Source: Gemmatimonadota bacterium
Lineage (GTDB): Bacteria > Gemmatimonadota > Gemmatimonadetes > Longimicrobiales > Gaopeijiaceae
DNA: 64,000 nt
Reading direction: 5' to 3'
Assembly: GCA_034521595.1 (NCBI GenBank)
Contig: JAXHMG010000003.1
Coordinates: 1,056,001-1,120,000 of the forward strand
The notes under the pieces were generated by a model. The model ran no database searches, was not told the origin of the DNA, and saw only the letters and a list, made by a program, of their open reading frames with translations. The first letter of the stretch is position 1. Each line of letters begins with the position of its first letter. The translations under genes were made by a program, and so were the position numbers. Below, piece by piece: positions 39,872 through 48,340 of this stretch.

Positions 39872-42808
39872 TTGAGCGCACCCTCCCAGACCACACCACC
39901 TCCAGTCTCGAGCGCATCGATCTTCGATGCGCCGGGCCTCGGGCTCCGTCGCACCCTCTTCGCCTTTCTCGTCGCCGGAACGACCGTCTACGGCGTATCC
40001 ATGATGGCGAGCATCGTGGGCGCGGGCGGAACCACGCTGCTCGAGGTGGCGATCCTGGTCCTTTTCGCGCCGACGTTCGGCTGGATCTCCATTGCCTTCT
40101 GGAACGCGATCCTGGGGTTCGTCCTCCAGGCGTGGAATCGGGACCCGCTTACGCTACGGCCGATGGGATCGCGGGCGCGTACCCTCGCCGATGTGCCGAT
40201 CACCACGCGCACCGCGCTGGTCGTTCCCAGCCGGAACGAGGACGTGAGCGCCGTGGTCGAGCGGATCCGCTGGATGTTGGATTCGCTGGAGGAAACGGGC
40301 ATGGCGGGTGTGTTCGACGTGCACCTTTTGAGCGATGCCGACGACCCCGGATTGATCGACGTCGAGGAGCGGGAGTGGAGCGAGCTCCGGGAAGAGTACG
40401 GTGGCTCATCCGGCCTTCACTATCGACGTCGCTCGTCGAACCAAGGGCGCAAGGCGGGCAACATCGCCGAGTTCTGCGAGCGATGCGGGGACGACTACGC
40501 GTATTTCGTGGTCTTGGACGCGGACTCCGTGATGCGGGGGGATACGCTCGTCCACCTCGTCCGGGGCATGGAAGCGGATCCGAGCGTGGGCCTCCTCCAG
40601 ACGGTCCCGCTTCCTCGGCGCCAGGAAACCCGCTTCGGCCGATTCGTGGAGTTCGCGTCGACCCTCTACGGCCCGATGCTGGCCACCGGACAGAGCTTCT
40701 GGCAGGGGGACGCAGCGAATTACTGGGGGCACAACGCGATCGTGCGCATGGATCCGTTTCGGCGGCACGGTCGTCTGCCCGTCCTTCCCGGGTCGCCCCC
40801 GCTCGGTGGTGAGATCCTCTCCCACGACTTCGTGGAAGCCGCGCTCCTGCGTCGTGCCGGCTGGAGCGCGTACCTCCTCCCGGACGTGAAGGGAAGCTGG
40901 GAGGACGTGCCGAGCAACCTGCTCGACTTCGCGCGCCGTGACCGCCGTTGGGCTCAGGGGAGCCTCCAACACCTCAGGCTGATGGGCCTCGCGGGCCTCC
41001 ATCCCCTCAGCCGCCTCCACTTCTTGCTGGGGGCCATGGGTTACGTGTCCTCGTTGCTCTGGCTCCTCCTTCTCCTCGCCAGCACGATCTACGTGGCGGA
41101 GTGGCAGGGAATCGGGGGCATCGTGGTCCTCGATAGCCCCACGCCGGGTCCGGGGGCGGCGGGCCGACCGGTCCCCTCGCTTCTCGGGATTACCGCAGGA
41201 CTCTTGTTCATTCCGAAGATGTTGGGAGTCGGTCTCGCCTTCCGGGACCGGATCCCGTTCGCCAACAGAGGAAGGTTGGCCGTTCGTGCCTCGTCGGAAG
41301 CCGCGTTCGCCGTCCTGGTGGCGCCGATCATGATGCTCGTCCACGCTTGGTGTGTCACCAGCATCGTGGCTGGGCGGTCCGTGGCCTGGGGGAGCCAGCT
41401 GCGGGACGGTCGGATCGTTTCCTGGTCCGAAGCGACCCGGCGGGTCGGCTGGGTGACCGCGGTGGGGGTGGCCTGGGGCGCCTACACGCTTTTCCTGAGC
41501 CCGTTGTTCTTCGCCTGGCTTTCCCCGATCTTCGCCGGGTTGCTGGTCGCCGTGCCGACGGTACGATGGACCTCGGACCCTCGGCACGGCGTTGTTGCTT
41601 CCGGTCGTGACGACGGCCGGCGCTCACGATCCGGTCCGCCCGGAGCCGCCGATGGGCAGGAAGGTGCCGTGAACAATATGCACGAAGCCGAGCGGAGTCT
41701 CTTCGAGCTGAGGCGGCACAGAGCGGTTTACGTCGAGAGCGCGCAGGGTCCCGACGGCACCGCGGGCGTCGATCTCCTCGTCGCGTCGGCGGAAGGGATC
41801 GACGATGGAGTTCTGGCGATGCTTCGCGAATATAGTGCGGGCCCGCTTCACCTTCTCATCACGCCGTACCGCGCTCGCGCGATGGGGATCGAGGCAGGAT
41901 CCGCTCCGTTGGCACTCGAGCTACCCCAGCGCATGGGGCCGTCCGAAATCCTCCGCCTGAGCAGCACACCGCGGCCGATGCCGTCGGTCAAGCTCGCCTC
42001 ACGCCCGCTGACCGACGCCGAGGAGGTCAGCCTCTCCTTGGCACGGTTGGGGCACCTGCTACCTGCCGTGGTGAGCGCCACCGTGCCACCCGACGTACCC
42101 ACCGGTCTCGGGCAGCGGCTGGCCTCCGGGCAGGTATTGCGAGCGCACGCGAGTCGCATACGAGCGGCCTTCGCCACGCCGCGGCTCTCGGTCACGCGAG
42201 TGAGCGCGGCGGCGGTGCCCCTGCAAGACACCGAAGACGCGGAATTCATCCTGTTTCGGGAGGAACACGGCTTCCTGGAGCACGTCGCCATCCTGATCGG
42301 CTCCCGGGAGCGATGGCCGGATCCTCTTCCGGTGCGGCTCCATTCCGCGTGCCTCACGGGCGATCTCTTCGGAAGCTTGAAATGCGACTGCGGTGAGCAG
42401 CTCCACGGAAGCCTACGCCATTTTCGGGAGCGAGGCGGGGGTGTGTTGCTGTACCTGCAACAGGAGGGCCGGGGCATCGGGCTGGGGAACAAGCTCCGGG
42501 CGTACGCTCTCCAGGAAGGTGGGCTCGATACCGTGGACGCGGATTGCGCCCTCGGATTCGGGCCGGACGAGCGGAGCTACGACGCGGCCGTCGATATGCT
42601 GAGGCACCTCGGGATCGAGCGTGTCCAACTGCTCACGAACAACCCGGAAAAGCTGAGAGCACTCGAGAGCGCGGGAGTGAAGGTGCTCGACCGAATGCCC
42701 CTCCACGGAACGTTGAATCGCCACAATCTCCCCTACGTGAAAGCGAAAGTGCAACGTGCGGGCCACTGGCTCGGCGACATGTTGTCGGAGGCTTCCGAGC
42801 GACCGTGA
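39872..42808 (+). CDS. mdoH: OpgH (glucan glucosyltransferase) fused in frame to GTP cyclohydrolase II
   Basis: OpgH motifs RKAGNI, LDADS, YWGHNAI, LSHDFVEA, RDRRWAQG in the first ~580 aa; no stop before the RibA motifs. Confidence 0.85.
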   Translation: MSAPSQTTPPPVSSASIFDAPGLGLRRTLFAFLVAGTTVYGVSMMASIVGAGGTTLLEVAILVLFAPTFGWISIAFWNAILGFVLQAWNRDPLTLRPMGSRARTLADVPITTRTALVVPSRNEDVSAVVERIRWMLDSLEETGMAGVFDVHLLSDADDPGLIDVEEREWSELREEYGGSSGLHYRRRSSNQGRKAGNIAEFCERCGDDYAYFVVLDADSVMRGDTLVHLVRGMEADPSVGLLQTVPLPRRQETRFGRFVEFASTLYGPMLATGQSFWQGDAANYWGHNAIVRMDPFRRHGRLPVLPGSPPLGGEILSHDFVEAALLRRAGWSAYLLPDVKGSWEDVPSNLLDFARRDRRWAQGSLQHLRLMGLAGLHPLSRLHFLLGAMGYVSSLLWLLLLLASTIYVAEWQGIGGIVVLDSPTPGPGAAGRPVPSLLGITAGLLFIPKMLGVGLAFRDRIPFANRGRLAVRASSEAAFAVLVAPIMMLVHAWCVTSIVAGRSVAWGSQLRDGRIVSWSEATRRVGWVTAVGVAWGAYTLFLSPLFFAWLSPIFAGLLVAVPTVRWTSDPRHGVVASGRDDGRRSRSGPPGAADGQEGAVNNMHEAERSLFELRRHRAVYVESAQGPDGTAGVDLLVASAEGIDDGVLAMLREYSAGPLHLLITPYRARAMGIEAGSAPLALELPQRMGPSEILRLSSTPRPMPSVKLASRPLTDAEEVSLSLARLGHLLPAVVSATVPPDVPTGLGQRLASGQVLRAHASRIRAAFATPRLSVTRVSAAAVPLQDTEDAEFILFREEHGFLEHVAILIGSRERWPDPLPVRLHSACLTGDLFGSLKCDCGEQLHGSLRHFRERGGGVLLYLQQEGRGIGLGNKLRAYALQEGGLDTVDADCALGFGPDERSYDAAVDMLRHLGIERVQLLTNNPEKLRALESAGVKVLDRMPLHGTLNRHNLPYVKAKVQRAGHWLGDMLSEASERP
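41669..42808 (+). CDS. ribA: GTP cyclohydrolase II moiety (possible internal start)
   Basis: VRLHSACLTGDLFGSLKCDCG, QEGRGIGL.NKLRAY, LLTNNP.K; AGGAAGG upstream of in-frame GTG 41669 / ATG 41678; N-terminal degenerate RibB-like region. Confidence 0.8.
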   Translation: MNNMHEAERSLFELRRHRAVYVESAQGPDGTAGVDLLVASAEGIDDGVLAMLREYSAGPLHLLITPYRARAMGIEAGSAPLALELPQRMGPSEILRLSSTPRPMPSVKLASRPLTDAEEVSLSLARLGHLLPAVVSATVPPDVPTGLGQRLASGQVLRAHASRIRAAFATPRLSVTRVSAAAVPLQDTEDAEFILFREEHGFLEHVAILIGSRERWPDPLPVRLHSACLTGDLFGSLKCDCGEQLHGSLRHFRERGGGVLLYLQQEGRGIGLGNKLRAYALQEGGLDTVDADCALGFGPDERSYDAAVDMLRHLGIERVQLLTNNPEKLRALESAGVKVLDRMPLHGTLNRHNLPYVKAKVQRAGHWLGDMLSEASERP

Positions 42809-43380
42809 AGGGGTCGTCGGATTACAGGGGACATCCCTGCGGCGCTTGTCGGAGCGTCGGGACGGGACGCGCGGCGATCCTCCTCGCGCTGTTGGGGACG
42901 GTCGCGTGCGAGCCGGTGCCCGAGGTGGCCCGAGATCCCGATCCGCTCCTCCAAACGTCGGAGCTCCGATACCGGATCGAGCGGCACGACATCGGCTACT
43001 CCACGCAGGTCGTCTACACGTTCCGGAACGACACGGGCGCGGACGTCCATCTCGAGAATTGCGACGGTGACATACGTCCGTTGCTCCAGGTGCGACGCGA
43101 GGGCCGCTGGGTTGATGCTTGGCGCCCGCTGATGCGGGAGTGCGCGAGTGAGCCCGTGGTGATCGAGAGGGGAGCCCGCCTCACCGACACGCTCGAGGTC
43201 GTGGGGGCCCCGCCCGAATCGAACGTCTCTCCGAGCTTCGTGTTCGAGGACGTTGAAGGTGTCTATCGATTGTATTGGTTCCAATCCCGGCTCGTCCCCG
43301 AGGGTGAAAGCGGGGGCGACGCCTCCGATCCCGGGATCCCGTGGCGGACGTCGAACCCGTTCGCCCTCGCGTTTCCCTGA
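42805..43380 (+). CDS. Hypothetical lipoprotein
   Basis: LLALLGTVAC lipobox; beta-rich domain; GTG overlaps the ribA stop. Confidence 0.6.
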   Translation: MKGSSDYRGHPCGACRSVGTGRAAILLALLGTVACEPVPEVARDPDPLLQTSELRYRIERHDIGYSTQVVYTFRNDTGADVHLENCDGDIRPLLQVRREGRWVDAWRPLMRECASEPVVIERGARLTDTLEVVGAPPESNVSPSFVFEDVEGVYRLYWFQSRLVPEGESGGDASDPGIPWRTSNPFALAFP

Positions 43381-43403
43381 CCGCCCGTGCTGGAGGATGC
43401 TCG

Positions 43404-43619
43404 ATGCCACCCAGCCGCTATGTTTCCGCGGATCGTCTCCTGCGCATGCTGGCGTACATCGCCGTGGCCGTGGTCGTGTTGGTGGCGGCCGATGCGGTGT
43501 TCCGTGTCTTCGGGTCGCCCCAGGCGGTGCGTCGCACCTTCGCGGTGATCTGGATCGTGGCCCTCCCGTTGGGAGGATGGTGGCTCTGGCGGCGCACGGC
43601 CCGCGATTCCGGCCATTGA
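43404..43619 (+). CDS. Small two-TM membrane protein
   Basis: GGAGG RBS, ATG 43404, two hydrophobic helices. Confidence 0.55.
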   Translation: MPPSRYVSADRLLRMLAYIAVAVVVLVAADAVFRVFGSPQAVRRTFAVIWIVALPLGGWWLWRRTARDSGH

Positions 43620-43709
43620 CCCTTCGGCCCGGTGGGGCCAGCTTCTCCAAAGCGAGTCGGCACCCGACGCGAGGCGCGGCCCCGATGGATTCCGGGCGCC
43701 GCGTTTTTT
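43616..43709 (+). promoter_or_regulatory. thrS promoter and leader with terminator-like hairpin
   Basis: TTGACC-N17-CAGCTT (43616-43644); GC hairpin 43674-43703 followed by T6. Confidence 0.5.
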
Positions 43710-43745
43710 GATGTCAGTCGGTGGAACTCTCAGGACCCACGAGCC

Positions 43746-45671
43746 ATGTCGAGCGAACACATCCGCATCACCCTTCCGAACGGCGATGTTCTCGAGCTTC
43801 CGGAAGGATCCACGGCCGGGGATGTCGCGGCTGCTATCGGACCGGGGCTGGCCCGCGCCGCGCTCGCCGCGGTCGTGAACGGTCGCACGGTCGGCCTCAT
43901 GGAACCCATCGAAGGTGACGCCGAAGTAAGGATCCTGACGGAGAAGGATCCCGAGGCCCTTCCGGTGTTGCGCCATTCCGCCGCGCACGTGCTCGCCACG
44001 GCGGTGCGCGAGCTGCGTCCGGGCGCCGGCATCGGATTCGGTCCGGCCATCGACGAGGGATTCTACTACGATTTCGACGTGCCCGAGCCCTTCACTCCCG
44101 AAGACCTCGAGATCTTCGAGCAGAAGATGGAGGAGGTCACCGAGGCCGACCAGCCGTTCGAGCGCAAGCACGTTACCAAGGAAGAAGCGCGCGAGCTGTT
44201 CTCGGACGACCCTCTCAAGCTCGAACGGCTCGAGGAGTTCGACGACGACGAGGTCATCACCGTCTACGAGAACGGTCCCTTCATGGACCTGTGCAAGGGA
44301 CCCCACGTGCCGAGCACCGGCCGCCTCGAGCACTTCAAGCTGCTCTCGGGCGCGGGCGCCTATTGGCGTGGGGACGAGCGCCGCCAGATGCTGCAACGCA
44401 TTTACGGTACGGCCTTCCCGAAGCAGCAGGACCTCGACGAGTACATCGAACGGCGGGAAGAGGCGCGAAAGCGTGACCATCGACGGGTCGGAAAGGACCT
44501 GGATCTGTTCCTCTTCCATCCCTGGGCGCCGGGCGCGCCCTTCTGGACGGATCGCGGGACGACGGTGTTCCAGGTGTTGAGCGAGTGGATGTCGGGTGTT
44601 TTGCGCGAGAATGGCTATCAGCAGGTCAAGACCCCGCTCCTGTACAACAAATCGCTCTGGGAGCAGTCCGGTCACTGGGGGAAGTACCGCGAGAACATGT
44701 TCATGGTTCTGGATAAGGAATCCGGGGAGCACGACCTCTCCCTCAAGCCCATGAACTGTCCCTCCCACTACCTCCTCTACCAGGCGCGTCGGCGGTCTTA
44801 CCGAGAGTTGCCGGTCCGGTTCGCCACCCAGGACGTGCTCCACCGAAACGAGGTCACGGGCGCGCTCAGCGGTCTCACGCGCGTGCGCCAGTTCCAACAG
44901 GACGACGCCCACATCTTCCTCACGGAAGACCAGATCGTGGACGAGGTCCGCCGTCTCGTCGAGCTCATCGACTACTTCTACCGTACGCTCGGCCTCGAGT
45001 ACAGGACGAAGTTCGCCACCCGACCGGAAGAGCGCATCGGAGACGATGCCATGTGGGATCGTTCGGAGCGCGCGCTTCGGGATGCCCTCGACGCGCTCGG
45101 CCGCCCCTACGACTTGAAGGAGGGAGACGGCGCGTTCTACGGCCCGAAGATCGACTTCGACGTCGTGGACGCGATCGGACGCGAATGGCAGCTGGGTACC
45201 ATTCAGCTGGATTACGCAAACCCGGATCGCTTCGACCTCACGTACGTGGGTGAGGACAACACCGAGCACCGACCGGTCATCATCCACCGCGCGATTTTCG
45301 GCTCGTTCGAACGGTTCATCGCGATCCTCATCGAACACTACGCGGGAGCGTTCCCGACGTGGCTCAGCCCCGAGCAGGTTCGGGTGCTGCCGATCTCGGA
45401 GCAGTGGGTCGACAGCGCACGGGACCTCGTCACCCAACTCGAGCACGCCGGCGTGCGAGCCCGGATGGCCCCGAGAGATACGCTCAACTACCGGATTCGG
45501 GAGGCGGAGAAGCTGAAGATCCCCTACATGGCGGTCGTGGGTGAACGCGAAGCCGCGAATGACACGGTGGCGGTCCGGCGTCGGGGAGCGGGGAAGAAAC
45601 AAGACATTATCGCGCGGGCGGACTTCGTGGAGCGAGTGACCGAGGAGGTCCGGTCGAGGGCGCTCGAGTGA
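43746..45671 (+). CDS. thrS: Threonine--tRNA ligase
   Basis: TGS domain, RHSAAH, DLCKGPH, RDHR, LKPMNCP, GAFYGPKID, HRAIFGSFERF. Confidence 0.98.
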   Translation: MSSEHIRITLPNGDVLELPEGSTAGDVAAAIGPGLARAALAAVVNGRTVGLMEPIEGDAEVRILTEKDPEALPVLRHSAAHVLATAVRELRPGAGIGFGPAIDEGFYYDFDVPEPFTPEDLEIFEQKMEEVTEADQPFERKHVTKEEARELFSDDPLKLERLEEFDDDEVITVYENGPFMDLCKGPHVPSTGRLEHFKLLSGAGAYWRGDERRQMLQRIYGTAFPKQQDLDEYIERREEARKRDHRRVGKDLDLFLFHPWAPGAPFWTDRGTTVFQVLSEWMSGVLRENGYQQVKTPLLYNKSLWEQSGHWGKYRENMFMVLDKESGEHDLSLKPMNCPSHYLLYQARRRSYRELPVRFATQDVLHRNEVTGALSGLTRVRQFQQDDAHIFLTEDQIVDEVRRLVELIDYFYRTLGLEYRTKFATRPEERIGDDAMWDRSERALRDALDALGRPYDLKEGDGAFYGPKIDFDVVDAIGREWQLGTIQLDYANPDRFDLTYVGEDNTEHRPVIIHRAIFGSFERFIAILIEHYAGAFPTWLSPEQVRVLPISEQWVDSARDLVTQLEHAGVRARMAPRDTLNYRIREAEKLKIPYMAVVGEREAANDTVAVRRRGAGKKQDIIARADFVERVTEEVRSRALE

Positions 45672-45764
45672 CCGAGGGCGGTCCCCGGAGCTCCCGGAGA
45701 ACGACGGAGCGTGCCGTTGACCGGGATGAGCGCATCGCCCATCTTCTCCGAGGAGAAAATCAGC

Positions 45765-45902
45765 AAGCAGGTCGGCTCGGCCGCCGTCCTCACCCTCGGG
45801 CTCCACGGAGCCGACTCGGGGGTCGCGCTTTCATCGGGTGTGCCTCAGGGCGGACCCGGAACGGCTAGTGCGACCCGGGTTCCGAGAGCTCGGGTCTTTT
45901 TT
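45765..45902 (+). promoter_or_regulatory. Putative L20 leader (ribosomal protein autoregulatory RNA) with intrinsic terminator
   Basis: AAGCAG...CCTCACC start as recalled for L20 leaders; hairpin GACCCGGGTT/AGCTCGGGTC plus T6; directly upstream of infC-rpmI-rplT; promoter TTGACC-N17-CATCTT at 45717-45745. Confidence 0.65.
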
Positions 45903-45965
45903 GTCGTTCGTGATCAGGTGTCATGGTGACGCCCGACACAGGACACCATCGGAGGGTTAGGGGAA

Positions 45966-46484
45966 ATCAACGACAAGCGAGTCCGCGTGAACGAGCAGAT
46001 CCGGATCAGCCCGGTCCGGTTGATTCAGGACGATGGTGAGCAGATCGGCATCGTCTCCCTCGACGAGGCGCGTGAGCGCGCTACCAAACGGGGAATGGAT
46101 CTGGTCGAAGTAGCGGCAGATGCCCGTCCGCCCGTGGTCAAGATGATGGACTACGGCAAGTACAAGTACGAAGCCCAGCGGGCTGCCAAGGAAGCGCGGA
46201 AAAAACAGCATACGATCCAGGTCAAGGAAGTGAAATTCCGACCGGGCATCGAGGACCACGACTACGAGTTCAAGCTCCGACACGCGCGTCGTTTCCTCGA
46301 AGAGGGAAACAAGGTCAAGCTGACCATGATGTTCCGGGGACGTCAGGTCACACACCCCGAGCTGGGCGTGGAGATCTTGTCCCAGGTGATGGAAGACCTG
46401 AAGGACGTGGGCAAGGTCGAGTCCCAGCCGAATATGGAAGGGCGGGTGATGTCCATGGTCGCCGCTCCCCTCGACACCAAGTAG
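45966..46484 (+). CDS. infC: Translation initiation factor IF-3 (probable ATC start)
   Basis: NEQIR, DLVEV, PPVVKMMDYGKYKYE, KEVKFRP, FRGR; GGAGG 10 nt before in-frame ATC 45966; no in-frame ATG upstream. Confidence 0.95.
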   Translation: MNDKRVRVNEQIRISPVRLIQDDGEQIGIVSLDEARERATKRGMDLVEVAADARPPVVKMMDYGKYKYEAQRAAKEARKKQHTIQVKEVKFRPGIEDHDYEFKLRHARRFLEEGNKVKLTMMFRGRQVTHPELGVEILSQVMEDLKDVGKVESQPNMEGRVMSMVAAPLDTK

Positions 46485-46532
46485 AGAACCGGGTCCTGCG
46501 GGCTCGGCCCAAAGGAACAACGGAGAGACTGA

Positions 46533-46733
46533 ATGCCGAAGATGAAGACGCACCGAGGTGCGGCCAAGCGCGTCAAGAAGACGGGCACGGGTAAGCTCAA
46601 GCGCATGCGCGCGAACAAGAGCCATATCCTGACCAAGAAGACGCGGAAGCGGAAGCGCCGCCTTCGGCGGTCCGATCTGGTGGCCTCCTCCGACGCGAAG
46701 AAGCTGAAGCGAATCCTACCCTACGGCGCCTGA
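46533..46733 (+). CDS. rpmI: 50S ribosomal protein L35
   Basis: [13 protein letters not shown]...HILTKK. Confidence 0.97.
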   Translation: MPKMKTHRGAAKRVKKTGTGKLKRMRANKSHILTKKTRKRKRRLRRSDLVASSDAKKLKRILPYGA

Positions 46734-46745
46734 GGAGGAGTCCCC

Positions 46746-47114
46746 ATGCCGAGAGCGACCTCCGCCGTAGCGCGGAACAGAAAGAAGAAGAAGATCTTCA
46801 AGGCTGCGAAGGGTTACTTCGGCGGCCGTAAGAATCTCTATCGGACGGCGAAAGACGCCGTCGAGCGCGGTTGGCAACACGCCTATCGGGATCGCAAGAA
46901 GAAGAAGCGGACGTTCCGGAGGCTCTGGATCGCGCGCATCAACGCGGCCGCGCGGGAGCACGACCTCTCCTATTCGCGCTTCATAAACGGCCTGAAGCAC
47001 GCCGGAATCGAGTTGGACCGGAAGGCGCTCGCGGATGTCGCGGTGCGTAATCCCGAAGCGTTCGAAACGCTGGTCGTTCGCGCGAAGGAAGGGCTCGACC
47101 AGAAGGCCGGATAA
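46746..47114 (+). CDS. rplT: 50S ribosomal protein L20
   Basis: [35 protein letters not shown]. Confidence 0.98.
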   Translation: MPRATSAVARNRKKKKIFKAAKGYFGGRKNLYRTAKDAVERGWQHAYRDRKKKKRTFRRLWIARINAAAREHDLSYSRFINGLKHAGIELDRKALADVAVRNPEAFETLVVRAKEGLDQKAG

Positions 47115-47147
47115 GCCGGACGTTCCGATCCGAGGGTCCACACCTGG

Positions 47148-47182
47148 TAGGGGCCTCGCGGCATCGAGCCGCGGGGCCCTTC
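47148..47182 (+). terminator. Stem-loop after rplT
   Basis: AGGGGCCTCGCGGC / GCCGCGGGGCCCCT hairpin; weak U-tract. Confidence 0.5.
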
Positions 47183-47314
47183 CTGCATCCGGGGGCAGGG
47201 GAACCCGTTCCCGGCGGGTGGGATGAGCGGCGCGAGTCGCTCGGATTGCATCCCGTCGTGCGCTTGATAGCTTACGGACCGCCCCGGAAGGGCCTACCCC
47301 CGTCACTTGCGGAG

Positions 47315-48340
47315 ATGATGAATCAGCCTGACCTGACCAACGCTTTGCGCACCCTCGAGCGGGAGGCTCTGGAGCGGATCGCGAGCGCGAACGACGCGGA
47401 AGCACTCGAGGCAGTTCGTGTGGACTATCTCGGCCGCAAGGAAGGACGCGTATCCCAGATCCTGAGGGGTCTGGGTAGCATGCCTCCGGAGGAGCGGCCG
47501 GCGGTTGGCCAGGAAGCCAATCGGGTGAAGGACGAGCTCGCGCGGGCGCTCGATCGACGAGAAGCCGAGGTGAGCGGGGTCGAGGACCATACGTACGGGG
47601 ACCGGAGCCTTCCGGCCCGCGACCCGTGGCGTGGCGGGCTCCACCCCATCACGCAGGCGGTGGACGAGATCTGGGAGATCTTCCGGGGGCTCGGCTTCAG
47701 TCGAGCCCGCGGGCCCGAGGCGGACACCGAGTGGTACAACTTCGAGGCGCTGAACACCCCGCTCGACCATCCGGCCGCCGACGAGCAGGACACGCTGTAC
47801 CTCGCGGACTCCGTCCTCCTGCGCAGCCATACCTCGCCCGTGCAGATGCGCACGATGGAGCGGCACGACCCGCCCGTCCGCGTATTGGCTCCCGGCTGGG
47901 TCTATCGGCGCGATACCTACGACGCCACACACACTCCCGCGTTCATGCAGATCGAGGGGCTCGTGATCGACGAGGGGGTCACCTTCGTGGATTTCAAGGC
48001 GACGCTGGCCGAGTTCGCGCGACGCTACTGGGGCTCGGACACACGCGTTCGTTTCCGCCCGTCTTTCTTTCCATTCACCGAGCCCAGCGCCGAGGTGGAC
48101 GTCAAACGCTTCGTCACCCGACCGGACGGAACGAGGGAAGAGACGGACTGGTTGGAGATCATGGGCGCGGGAATGGTCGATCCGGCCGTTATCGAGAACG
48201 CGGGGCACGACCCGGAGCGCTACACCGGCTGGGCGTTCGGGATGGGACCGGGACGCATCGCGATGCTCAAGCACGGCGTGAGCGATCTTCGAACCTTCTT
48301 CGAGAACGACGTCCGCTTCCTTTCCCAGTTCGCCTCATGA
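47315..48340 (+). CDS. pheS: Phenylalanine--tRNA ligase alpha subunit
   Basis: LHP, NFEALN, LRSHTSPVQ, FRPSFFPFTEPSAE, GAGMV, GWAFGMG. Confidence 0.98.
   Translation: MMNQPDLTNALRTLEREALERIASANDAEALEAVRVDYLGRKEGRVSQILRGLGSMPPEERPAVGQEANRVKDELARALDRREAEVSGVEDHTYGDRSLPARDPWRGGLHPITQAVDEIWEIFRGLGFSRARGPEADTEWYNFEALNTPLDHPAADEQDTLYLADSVLLRSHTSPVQMRTMERHDPPVRVLAPGWVYRRDTYDATHTPAFMQIEGLVIDEGVTFVDFKATLAEFARRYWGSDTRVRFRPSFFPFTEPSAEVDVKRFVTRPDGTREETDWLEIMGAGMVDPAVIENAGHDPERYTGWAFGMGPGRIAMLKHGVSDLRTFFENDVRFLSQFAS

Noticed and set aside
47626-48336. N-terminal extension of PheT (1042-aa ORF)
   Set aside because: It overlaps pheS in another frame; the real start is ATG 48337.
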